In this document: positions 37,301 through 47,610 of the stretch, piece by piece
Position numbering within the stretch: position 1 is the first letter of the stretch
Layout: each line of letters starts with the position of its first letter
Assembly (NCBI RefSeq): GCF_009834535.1
Contig: NC_045696.1
Coordinates: forward strand, 4,032,001 to 4,096,000
Source of the DNA: Camelus ferus
Lineage: Eukaryota
DNA: 64,000 bases
Reading direction: 5' to 3'
The notes under the pieces: model-generated
Told to the model about the DNA's origin: nothing
The model's database searches: none
Seen by the model: only the letters and a program-made list of their open reading frames with translations
Program-made: the position numbers and the translations under genes

Positions 37301-40300
37301 CAGGAGCGTTGTGTAAGAGTGCACTTGGGGAACGGGTGCTGCCATGAGCGGCAGGGGCAGGAGAGCAAGGAAGCAGGGCAGAGACGGGAGCTCAGTAAGA
37401 GATGGCGGTGCTGTGGGCTCCTTGCGGCAGCGGACAGGGAAACATGACGGCACGGGTCTTGGGATGTGTTTGAAAGTGGAGCCAGTCAGGATTGTAGCTT
37501 GACTGGCTGCGTCCTGTGATGGGCAACTCCTCACTTCTGACCAAACAGTCCTCTCAACAGACTAGCTTCTTACCAGCTTCTTAACAATTTATTTTCTGTT
37601 TTTCTGATTCTGACAAACTCTTATGCTCACCTCCCCAGTGGATGCTTCCTCAAGTGTAAGCACTACTTTCAAGAGGGAAAAGGGCAGCGTGTTCCTGCGA
37701 GTGGCCGGCTTGAGAGGAGGGGGACACACGGGACTTGATGCGGAAACACTGACAAAATGGCACGGTTTGTGCCCGCAAGAGGCCGGGTAGAGAGAAGGAG
37801 GAAGGGTGTGGACCTGCAAGGGGGACACAGAGTCCAGGTCCAGCCCTGCCCCGGGCATTCACCCGAGCACCTCCTCACCTCCTTTCTCTGCCGCTTTCCC
37901 ACCCTCTCCCTCTGGCCCGTCAGGACCTGGCTAAGCCTCCGGGTCGCCTCTCTTAACACAGGGAACTTGCTGTCCCCTGATTCTGTGACTATCGCCTTCC
38001 TGGAGCACCTCGTAGATGAAGGACAGCTTCCTCCCAGTCTCCTTGAACTTTGGCCTTTGCTTGGCTCAAGAACCCCCGGCCTCTTTCAGGAGCCCCTCAT
38101 GGGAGGGGCAAGGTGTGCGCTTCAAGGTGAGCCTGATCTCAGCCCTGTCCATGGTGCTGGCCTTTCTGCCTCCGACCAGACATCACAGACTGTGTTCCAA
38201 TTGACTTCCAAAGTACTGCTTTAGCAAAAATATTGCTACTAAATTTAGCAGATTTCACGTACAAACCAAATTTCCGGCACACTTTGAACATCAGGATAGC
38301 AGTAAGACAGGACTGACGTTCCCACACGACAACATGCAGTGAGGTGCCAGCTGTCCCCTGAAACACTGAGTCAACTTTGCCCGTTTCCATGACCTGCCAG
38401 GCCCTTCTCAGAACCCGAGTGTGAGCCCCCAGTCCTAGAAGGTCCGACCCCAGTCTCCTCCACAACCGCTCAGAGGGAGGGCTGCGGAGGTGCACCAGAG
38501 CACGTGGGGCTGCCGGCAGAGACCTCAGAAGCCACCCCAACTTAGCATGGCCCGTTGCCAAGTTCCAGAAAGGCTCACCTGCTGTCCGATGTCCTGGGGC
38601 TGATTTCCCACGGCCACCCTGGCGATGCCGGGAAGATCAATGAGGGTCAGATCTGGAACCTCAGGGGCGGTGACCTCCAGACTAATGAGCTCGTGGCTAA
38701 TGCCAACTCCACTCCCAGCTATGGCGTCCTGGGCTGCGGAGACCAAAGAGGAGACACCCAGAGTCCAGATGGACCGCCCGGCCCGGCAAAAGCACTGTGT
38801 AACTGTGGCCATTGAGCCCTTCTCCCATATTCGGGAACAGCCCTGAGGGGCAGGGAAGCAGCTTAAGGCGCAGGCTGGATTAAGTGCCTGATTCTCTACA
38901 GACAGAGCACGGGGCAGGCTAGAGCCAGGGCTGCTCCTCTGTAAACTTCCCCTGCTTCAATCGTCATTCATCGTCACTACTTAAGGTACGACTTTTGTAA
39001 CCTTTTACTGAAGAGTCACGCACGCGCAGGACAGTCCCCACCGTCTAAGCAGGTGCTCGGTGAGTTTCACAGGCGGGACTCACAGGTGTAACCAACACAC
39101 GGCTCAAGTCACAGAGCACGGGCAGCCCTCCAAGCCGCTCTCTCCCTGTCGGGCATCGGCCTCCAGCAAGGATGACCCCTGGCCTGGGCTCGGCCGGCAT
39201 CTACTCCTTTTGCCCACTTTGCACTTTATCCGTGGTTGGGCCGAGTGAATTTGCTGAGAGACGACCACGTCTGACCTACGAGAACAGCAGTTTCACGTGG
39301 TCTCACCTAATCACAAATGGAATCATGAACCACAGGGCCCCTTGGTCTGGCTTCCCGCCCCACACGAGGCCTGCGTGGTCCCCTGTCCTGCTGCTGGTAG
39401 CTGAGGGTGCTTCCTCTTCACTGCTGCCTGTTCGTCCACCCAGTGCCATGATCAGGTCGACTGTGGACGGACACTGGGGGGTCTCCAGTGTGGGCTATGA
39501 ACATCCTAGAACCTGACTCTTGGCGCACATGTCCGCTGCCTGTGTGCTCAGGAGTGGACTTTTGGGGCGACATGGGGTGTGCACGCCTCCAGCCTTACTG
39601 GAAAATTGTGGCAGTTTTCCAAAGTGGCCACACCAACTCAGACTTCCACCAGCAGGGCAGCGGAGTTCCGAGACGCTATTCTAAAGATGCTTTAGCTGTG
39701 GTTTGCTCATGACTCATCTTCCCACGTTCATCCAAGCACACGCCCACGGTGTGTGGGAGCCCACCGCCCTCCCGGCTCTGCCCGCAGAGCTCGTGGGGCT
39801 GCAGAGCCCAGGGCTGACTTCAGTGGCGCAGCGGGCCGTGCGGGGCCCGCGGCCGCCCAGGACAGGCGCAGCGGGCGTAGCTGGGGGGCAGAGCTTTTAT
39901 AAACTTGACGCTAGGAAATTTGCCAGTTGAGGGCCGCAAGCAGCTTCTGTATTGGGGGTGGGGATGAATGCTAGAATTGGGGCAGTATCTCTCCACCTGG
40001 GAGGGATCCCTCTGGTGAGCCAGCCGAGGCCACGCGGTTCCCGGGGAGCCAGGCCCAGGGAGTGAGGTGAAAACCCCTGTCTCACGTGCTGAGTTTATGG
40101 CTGAGTAAGGCGCAAAGCCCGTCTGCCTGGAACAGAGGCCCTGTCTGCAGGGATTCCTGCGAGGATCAAGGCTAATTTTGCCTGCCTGGCTGAGCCCAGC
40201 TTGCGAGCAGGGCAGGGAGAAGCCTCTGGGAAGGACAGGCTGACTCAGGGACCTGAGGGGCAGGGCTGCGGGAGGGTGACCCCCAGGGCTCCTCTAAGCA

Positions 40301-43283
40301 GGTTTTGAGTGTTCTGTGCCTGCCCAAGGCTAATCCCCAGGGCTGGTGAGTTTTGTCCAAAGGCCCGGGTTGGCTGTGCTTCTACTAATGACCCTTTGGC
40401 TGAGGGAAGGGGGAGGGGGCTACATGGGGGTGGGGCTGGGGCTGGGACAGTGTTGGGGGAAGTCGCCTGGGGGCAGAGCCACTGCCACAGGCAATCAGCC
40501 ACTCCAGATTAGAGCAGTGCCAGGATGGCTGGGGCCAGCGGGGACCCTGCGGGGGACACTTCCCAGAGGAAAAGCAGGCAGGTAAGCTGAGACCAAAAGA
40601 AAGAGGAAGAATTAAACAGACAACCAGGAGGGACGGCGTGCAGGCAGGGGCGAGGGGAGGGGAGCAGCACAGGCTCCTGTGAAGCTGCAGGGGCCCCGAG
40701 GAGGATGGCCACGGGTAGAAGGAGCCGCCCCTGCAGCCTCCCCGGGCCCTACCTTTCCGGATTTCCCTCTCCACCTGGGAGGGGTCCTGCAGCTGGAGCT
40801 CCGTGTTCCGGTAGCTGAGTGTCCCCCTCCACGTGCACTCGTGCAGCTGTTTCTTCAGTTGCAGCACCAGCGGACACCTGGTGACGATTCCTGGGAGAGA
40901 GTTTCCCAAACATAAAAGAAGCGTTCTCAGGTACCCTCTGCTCTTATCCCCAGGACCTGCCCCGTGTCCCCGGAGGCTTGGTCTGAAATTTCTGTCCCTC
41001 TCTAGGGCCCAGTCCAGGCCACCACATTACCCCCAGGCCCTAGAAATGCCTCGGGCATTGTCCGGGACAGGCGGGATGTCAGCCAGAGGTCTGCCCGACC
41101 CTGTCCAGCCCTCCCAAGCCCCTCCCAGTCCTGCGGGAGGAGGTCAGGGGTGGGGGTAGGCAGGGGAGGGGGAGCAGGATGTGCACATCGGGGCCCAAGG
41201 GCGAGGTTTGTGGGGGCGCCTGGCAGGGAGGGATCAAGTTCCCAGGGAAGCTGGAACTGCCCTGAGCTGCCTGGGGCTGGGCTCCGGTGGTCAAGCCCCT
41301 AGTACCTGCACACAGCAGGGCTGTCCTACGACCACTCCCAGCCTGGGCACCTTGTCCAGGGACCCCTGCCGGCCCCACGTCACTGCCGTGGCCTCCAGAC
41401 TCTCTGCCCTGTGGCGTCTCTCCCCAGAACGCTGAACCCAGGGCAGAGAGGAGGAGCCACTGTGCCCACTCTGAGTTCTCATCCATCAGGAGCCTGGCTG
41501 GTGGGGATCTCATGGGACGTCCCGGAGTAGAAGACCAGCTGTCTGTGGTCAGAGGGAGCACAGGCCAGGGCCCCCTGGCAGCGCGGCTGTTCCTGGGGCT
41601 GCGCAGGGTCTGGGCCGTCCCCCAGCACCCCCACACCCTCCTGTGTGCCCAGGAGGCCGAACCCTGGCCCCTGTTTCTCGTTGGGTGTGGGGGATGGGCA
41701 CTGCTGGCAGGAGATGGGAGTGAGGAAGGGAACCGGCTGGCGGAACCTCGACCCTCTTCCCAGCTGCCACCCTCTTTCTTCTTTTTTTTCCCCTTTATAA
41801 TTATTTGATTACATCAGAAAGGCAAAACAGTTTTGAACTCTACACACAGTTAATTTTTTTATAAAAGAAAACTTCGGGTCTTATCATTCTGTGATCTAAA
41901 CTTCTTCAGAAAGACTGTGTGTGAGAAACTCACAAATTAATGACATCAGACAAGAAATTCGCTTACAGAAACCACTAGAAGGAAACTAACACAGGCCCAG
42001 CGATGCCTACTGACACGAGGAGAGGACCCAGGTACTAAGGGCAGCTTGGGACACCCAGCCCGCCTCCCCGTCCACTGCAGACCCCGCCGTGCAGGGCCTG
42101 TGGGAGCCACCCTCCAGGGGGTCCTTCCCAGAGACCAGCCCGTGAAACCCCTGGTCCCAGGGATGCTTTGTGGCTTGCAGGCGGCCGGCCTCTGGCTGCA
42201 GAGCGAGGCTGGCCCAACGGTGCTTACCGCTGCCTCTGGGAAGGGCGACCCCCGACAGCGCCTCCAGCACGGAGCTCTTGCCCGAGCTCTGGTCCCCGAT
42301 GACGGCGATGGCGGGCAGGGCCAGGTCCTGCTCCACGCCCAGGGCCCGCAGGGAGTCGACGAGGTCGATGCAGGGCCGAACCCTCTCCTCGTACGGGCTG
42401 AACAGGCTGTTTTCGGGCCCCTGGGGGAGGCATGACAGACTTCACAGTCGTGGCCTCTGACAGGGCTCCCACTGCCGTTGGGAATCTGTGGCCGAGCTGA
42501 CGCAGCTACAGGTGATGGGTTACAGACAGGAGGGTGAGCGGTGGATGGAGACGTGCCCGGGGGAGGGCCCTGTGCTCTGTTCCTGTGGAGACTCGGCTTC
42601 TGCTGCTGCGGGCGGGAGTTTGGCTGGGGCTGGAGGAGGAGGTGCCCGACTGAGAAGGGAGAAGTTGCCGAGAGGTGGTGCTCCCTGCCAGAGGGAGGAG
42701 AGTCGGGGGCCCCGGGACTGCCGAGCTGGGGTGGGCTGGGCTGGGCTGGCCATGGTGACAATGGCAGTCATAGCCAGGGGAACACCTCCCAGGAAGAAGA
42801 CCCCCCTCACGAGGAACGGAGCCCCCAGACCCATGACCGGGAAGGCCATTGCTGCCCAGAGACTGTCCCTGGGGCTTGTTGGAAGTGCCCAGGAGAGAGC
42901 CGTGCTGCTTGGGGGGGGGGACCACACGTGCAGACCTGGCTGCCCTGGAGGGGGCTCCCCCATGGCCGCTCTCTGGTCCTCCTCGGCCTGGTGGCCGGGA
43001 GTGCCCTTCCTGCCCGTCCCTCCACCCGACTTGCCTTTGTGCTCTGTTGGTCTCTGTTTCCTCCTGGCTGCTGCTCACTCAAAGGGATGGGCTTGAAATC
43101 CTTGGGGAAGAAAACAGGCTCCTTCCCCCCAAACTGCCAGTTTGGGGGACTCATCATCTGTCCTGCTCCTGTGCCCGTTGGCAGTGGCTGCTGCAGGAAG
43201 GAAGCCATTTCTTTTTTGGGATGGTGTCGGGGAGAACTGGAACTGTGCGTCTGGCGCTGCCGGGACCTGTAGGGCATGGGCAT
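19109..43283 (-). CDS. MX2: MX2 (MxB-type dynamin-like GTPase), complete CDS in 13 coding exons, 2139 nt, 712 aa
   Basis: Exon lengths 249+193+138+155+139+199+79+123+142+159+77+255+231 = 2139, in frame. Motifs: G1 GDQSSGKS, dynamin signature LPRGSGIVTR, G3 DLPG, G4 TKPD, YRGK, and an MxB-type 83-aa N-terminal extension with KKEM. Confidence 0.96.
20871..21125 (-). CDS. MX2: MX2 exon 13, 255 nt
   Basis: Encodes [85 protein letters not shown]. Confidence 0.95.
22887..22963 (-). CDS. MX2: MX2 exon 12, 77 nt
   Basis: Encodes [26 protein letters not shown]; same length as the paralogous MX1 exon at 4578. Confidence 0.94.
23373..23531 (-). CDS. MX2: MX2 exon 11, 159 nt
   Basis: Encodes [53 protein letters not shown]; same length as the paralogous MX1 exon at 2461. 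Confidence 0.95.
23922..23964. repeat. Imperfect (CA)n/(CACACG)n microsatellite
   Basis: acacacacacaggcgcacacgcacacgcacacgcacacaca. Confidence 0.8.
24309..24450 (-). CDS. MX2: MX2 exon 10, 142 nt
   Basis: Encodes [47 protein letters not shown]; ag/gt boundaries. Confidence 0.95.
24757..24879 (-). CDS. MX2: MX2 exon 9, 123 nt
   Basis: Encodes [41 protein letters not shown]; ag/gt boundaries. Confidence 0.95.
25835..25955. repeat. AT-rich degenerate tandem repeat (aatrtttaa-like units)
   Basis: aatatttaaatgttaaatatttaaattttaatgtttaacg...gtttaaatgtttaaatgttaatgtgaaatatttaaat. Confidence 0.65.
26953..27031 (-). CDS. MX2: MX2 exon 8, 79 nt
   Basis: Encodes [26 protein letters not shown]; ctgtttcag acceptor, gtgagt donor. 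Confidence 0.95.
27715..28790 (+). mobile_element. Old L1 ORF2-end/3'UTR fragment (duplicated at about 48560-49630)
   Basis: ORF remnants EMQIKTT and [23 protein letters not shown]. Confidence 0.85.
29135..29292. mobile_element. MER5-like hAT DNA transposon remnant
   Basis: gttgttttcaaagtctggtccctggaccagcaac...cagaaactctggg...ggttgagaaccg. Confidence 0.6.
30304..30502 (-). CDS. MX2: MX2 exon 7, 199 nt
   Basis: Encodes [65 protein letters not shown]; ag/gt boundaries. Confidence 0.95.
31620..32960 (+). mobile_element. L2-like remnant (ends and orientation approximate)
   Basis: gtgaacaagactgcaaagtccctgacctcacg and a long purine-rich stretch with L2 phrases (ccaagtggagatgtca). Confidence 0.55.
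33310..33760 (-). mobile_element. Old L1 3'UTR fragment
   Basis: ctccagaattttctcatcttgcaaaac...ctggcaaccgccattctacttcctgtctct...gtggaatcatacag. Confidence 0.8.
35030..35168 (-). CDS. MX2: MX2 exon 6, 139 nt
   Basis: Encodes [46 protein letters not shown]; ag/gt boundaries. Confidence 0.95.
36420..36770. mobile_element. Short L1 3' end followed by a MER20-like remnant
   Basis: ctgtgtagcacagggaac...actgaatcaccatgctgcacaccagaaac, then tacctactagatgc...caagttgtgataaccaaaaatgtctcagacat. Confidence 0.6.
38579..38733 (-). CDS. MX2: MX2 exon 5, 155 nt
   Basis: Encodes [52 protein letters not shown]; ag/gt boundaries. Confidence 0.95.
40753..40890 (-). CDS. MX2: MX2 exon 4, 138 nt
   Basis: Encodes [46 protein letters not shown]; ag/gt boundaries. 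Confidence 0.95.
42228..42420 (-). CDS. MX2: MX2 exon 3, 193 nt
   Basis: cctcccccag|GGGCCC...AGCG|gtaagc; encodes [64 protein letters not shown]. Confidence 0.96.
43035..43283 (-). CDS. MX2: MX2 first coding exon (exon 2); exon acceptor at 43337, ATG at 43283
   Basis: tgtgtttgcag acceptor; encodes [33 protein letters not shown]...[10 protein letters not shown] (83 codons); ends AAG|gcaagt. Confidence 0.88.
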
Positions 43284-44059
43284 CCACTGTCGTCCCGTCA
43301 AGCTGCTGCTCAGCACCTCCAATCTTCTTGGCAAACTCTGCAAACACACAAGATGAGAATGTGTCCCCAACGTCCCCAAGCGGACCTCCCGGTGCTTCAT
43401 CCTTCCAGGCCTGCCCGCCCAGCCCAACACAGCACGCCCTCCCGCACATGGACTCAGGGCAGACCAATTGCCCAGCACAGCCCCGACCGCAGGAGGGGCT
43501 GGCTCAAACAGGCTCAGAGCACAAGAGGGGTCCCTGCCGGCCCCCTGCGGACAAGGGGCCTCCACGATTCCATGGGGAAGTCTGAATGTTCCTCTGTGAC
43601 TTCTGGTGAGCCAGTGTCACCTGAGGTTCAGGATGGGACAGGAGACTGTGGGCATGGAGAGACGACAGGTAGGCTCTCCCGGGTCCCTTGGGTGCCAGCC
43701 CCTGCCCTGCCACCACCCAGGCTGCCCGCCAGACCAGCTCAGGCTGCTGGGGCGTCTGGGGGAAGCGGTTGCTGGAGTCTCTTGCTTCCCCACGGGGCTG
43801 TCATCAGAGAGCCAGCCTGTGAGAAGTCGCTGGCGGCACCGAGTGCCGGCCTCGCCCGGCGCCCCTCTGAGATGCTCATCTCAGCTTCACAATAACCGGG
43901 TGTGCTTGCCCCTAATCTGCATTTTCCAGGTCAAGGAGCAGAAGTGGGGGGTCCGGTTCCTGGCCTGAGTCAGGACTCAGCCAAGCTGGTGACTCTGGGT
44001 CCTGAGCCCTTGCCCGCTACTGCCCACCCCACCACCCCATGGAGCAGAGCGGATGTGGG

Positions 44060-44495
44060 AGATGAATGGTGTCCGCCGTCCTCCTAATGCCCGTCCACCT
44101 GGGATAGTGCATGTGACCTTATTTGGGAAAAGGGTATTTGCACATGTATTTGCACAAAGAGGGTCTGGAGATGCGAGTAGGCCTGAAATGCAAGAAGAGA
44201 CGGTGGGGGTGGAGAGGGATTTGAGACACAGAGACTCCACAACGAGAGGGCGACGTGAAGACGGAGGCAGAGATGGAAGGATGCTGCCTCAGCCAGGGAA
44301 CCCGGGGGCGCAGGAGCCCTAGCGCCGGGAGCCAGGCCTGGAGCAGATTCTCCCTCAGGGCCTCTAGGAGGAACTAACTTTGCCAGCGTCTTGGACATCT
44401 CGGAGCATCTGGCTTCCAGACCCGTGAGAGAATAAAGTCTTGTTTCAGCGTCCAAGTTTGGAGAGTTTGTTATGCCAGCCCCGGGGCACTAACCA
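44060..44495 (+). mobile_element. MLT1 LTR
   Basis: atgtgaccttatttgggaaaagggtatttgcac...gattctccctcagggcctctaggaggaac...gagagaataaag. Confidence 0.8.
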
Positions 44496-44911
44496 GTTGG
44501 GGGACTGGCGTGTGGAGGCGGCCCCTCCCCAGTAGCTGCACTCTGGGGGGTCCACTGCGGCCCATGTCCAGCTGCGGCCCCTCAGCCCTCCGTCCCCGTC
44601 CCACGACCGTGGCCTCTCTCCACCTAGTAGGCCTCTTTTCCTTCTAAACCCTGGGTCTCAGCATGACTGAACCCTTTCTAGAAACCTCTGAGACCTTTTC
44701 TTTCAGGACAAAGTTCTTAAAAGATGTGGTCCCAATCTCCTTTTCCATATTTGATAGGAATCCCTTCTCTGAATGCTGCGCCCAGCATTCTGCCTTTCCT
44801 CAGACTGGACAAGCATGTTCACAACTTTGTGTGTGCCACTGGCTTTTGTGGAAAATGGGAGTGGCTCATTCATTCATTCATTCATTCATTCCACAAAGAT
44901 GTCTGGAGGGA

Positions 44912-45275
44912 CTGTTGAGGGCTGAATTGTGTCCCCGAGTTCATATGCTGGAGTCCGAACCCCTGCGACCTCCAGTGTGACTGTGTTGGAGATTTGGCCT
45001 TTAAAGAGGTGAATAAGGTAAAACGAGGTCGCTTGGGTCGGCCCTAAGCCAACCTGACTGACGTCTTTATGAAGAGAGTGAAGACCACAAAGGAAAGACC
45101 TGTGAGGACACAGGGAGGAGACGGCCGTCTACACGCCGAGGAGAGAGAGCTCAGAGCAGCCTAGCCTGCTGGCACCTTGGCCTTGGACTCTGGCCCGCAG
45201 ACTGTGAGAAGATAAATTTCTGTTGTCTAAGCTGCCCCCTGGTGGTGCTTTGTTAGGGCACCTGAAGCAAACCCA
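44912..45275 (+). mobile_element. MLT1A-like LTR
   Basis: tgttgagggctgaattgtgtcccc...tttaaagaggtgaataaggtaaaa...actgtgagaagataaatttctgttgtctaagc. Confidence 0.8.
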
Positions 45276-47510
45276 AACAAGGACCTGGTACGTGCAGGCT
45301 CCTCCTGCCAGGCGGGGTGTGCTGGTGACCAAGCCAGATAAAGCCCCTGCTTCAGGTCCGGACATTCTGTCCCGGAGACCCCCAACAAATAATCTAACCC
45401 CAGGTGCTGAGGGAGGGTCTGGAAGAAAGGGGGTGGGTCATGGTTCCTGGGTCCGGTGTTATTTCCCCTGAACCCGTGTTTGAGGCGTGCCTGTGAACAG
45501 GAGCTGAGTGGCAGAGGAGCACATACTTGAGGACGTGGGAGGAGCCTTCCTGGCGGAGAAATGCAAGTGCAAAGGTCCTGAGCTCAGGAGCTGGGCGGAG
45601 CACCCCCTTCCCCCAGGGGCTGGGAAGGCCTAGCCCAGGGGCAGCTCCCTTCTTAGGGGCAGCTCTGGCAATGCCTGGCGTTGCTTGGGTTTGGCTGGAA
45701 GGAGGCAGGGAGAGGCCTTCCACCTGCCCTCTTCCACGTGGTCAGCCCCACGGCCCCGGAGACCCTAAGTGAAGGGGCGGTGCCAGTTCAGCCCTGCTGC
45801 CGGGGGAGCCCTGCCAAGGGCTGCTGTGCGGAAGGAGTGCCTTTACCTCTGTGTTCACATCCTGAGCCAGTACCTCCATCTCCCTCCGTCCCCAGACTTC
45901 TGGGTAAAATTACTCATTTTATGAAACACCTAGCCCTTCAGCCAGTGTCATGAGGAAATATGAAGAAAAATTCTCCACTTTTTTTAAATGAATAAATTGC
46001 ATTCAAGAACATGTCTAGTGATTTATTTCATCCCCTGAATATAAGGAAATTATATTCAGATTCTATTAACCTCCTGAATGTAAACACAGGGGAGAGAACT
46101 CTGCAGAGGGCCAGGCTGGAGGAGGCTGCTCTCCTGGGGAACCGGGCGCTCCCATTGGCTAAAGACTGAAAGAGACTGTCCGTCCCTTGCACCCTCGGCC
46201 TTGGCAGCGAGAAGGCCCAGGACAGACTGCAGGCAGGGGGTCACAGCTGCCTCTGGCATCGCTCTGCTCCTTGACACTCATGCCCGGAGCCTCAGCAAAG
46301 TTTATTCTGGTTTTATGGTTTGACTGTGGCACTGTTTACAACAGCTTAGAGCAGGGCGTGCAGGAGCTTTCTTGGGACATCTGTAGTGCTCGGCCTTTTC
46401 CGGGGGACGGGGTGGGAGCTGGAGGGTCCGGTGGGTGGGGCAGGGACGTATGGGGAGAGGTCGCAGCTGAAGAGGTGGGGGTTCCACAGAGAGGCCTGTG
46501 GGGGGTGCCGTGTGGACGAACATCCACACCGGGGCTGCCGAGCGGCAGGCTGGGGCAGCTGGATCGCAGCAAGTGAGGAACCCAGAACTGTCCTTGATAT
46601 GGTAAAGATAGAGGCTGCAGGAGAAGACACCACTTGCCAGGGAGGACACACACGGGCCGGAGAGAGATGGCTGGTCCCCCACGAGTGTCTCTGAGGTCGC
46701 ATGGAGAGGGGGTTTCTTTCCTTCCTTCCCTCTCACCCAAAGCTTCTACATCTGAGAGGGGCCCTGCCTGCCCCACTCCCCACCTAGATCCGAGCAGGGG
46801 CAACGGGCTGCAGTCCACGTACAAGAGGCTGAGCCAGCAGCCCAGAGGAGGAAGCAGCCCGGGTGGGCAAGGGGCGACCCGGCAGAGAGGACCACACAGG
46901 AAGTGGGAGGAGGAGACGGGAGGAGGGCTCCCTGCTGCTGCTGGACGGAGGGACAGCAAAGGGGAGGAGAGAATCATTCTGCCTCATCCCTGGGCCTCAG
47001 GCAGCAACCTCCGTCACTTACAAGGAAGTGTCTCTGGACGGACCTGTGCTGACCTCTGTCCCGGCAAAGGACGGTTTACTGTGCAAGGCTGTAGTCAGAC
47101 ACAGCCAGAGGGGAGAGACACAGGGCAGAGCTGGGGGCACGGCTGGACCCGACGACCAGGCACAGAACCCAGAGCTGTCCGCCTGCCAGGGCCCCACGCA
47201 CACATCACAGTCTCGGCAGCGTAGCCTGAGCTCAGCTCCCGCCTCCCCTCAAACTGGACCCTCCGCTTGTTTCTGTCCACTGTCCAGTCCACCCTAGAGT
47301 AGCCAGGGGAGTGACGTCACCCCACAGGGACAGCCGTGCCGCGGGCCTACAGGGACAGTGCCCCCTCTGCTGAAGAGACCCCAACATTGTGCTGAGATTC
47401 CTCACATCACAGATAAGCCCCTGAGTGACCCACAGGTGGAAAAAGGGAATTAGCCGAGACTATAAAGCTAAGTTCCCAAACTGGGTGCCCTGGGAACCTC
47501 AGCAACCTCA

Positions 47511-47610
47511 NNNNNNNNNNNNNNNNNNNNNNNNNNNNNNNNNNNNNNNNNNNNNNNNNNNNNNNNNNNNNNNNNNNNNNNNNNNNNNNNNNNNNNNNNN
47601 NNNNNNNNNN
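47511..47610. other. Assembly gap (100 N)
   Basis: Run of exactly 100 n, the usual placeholder for a scaffold join of unknown size. Confidence 0.99.

Noticed and set aside
41946..43895. Long overlapping ORFs (up to 348 aa) on both strands
   Set aside because: GC-rich, stop-poor sequence around MX2 exons 2-3; low-complexity P/G/R/S translations with no recognisable domain apart from the MX2 exons themselves.
43338..47510. MX2 exon 1 and ISRE-containing promoter
   Set aside because: No convincing ISRE or first exon seen; the region looks like intron 1 with MLT1 LTRs and is cut off by the gap.
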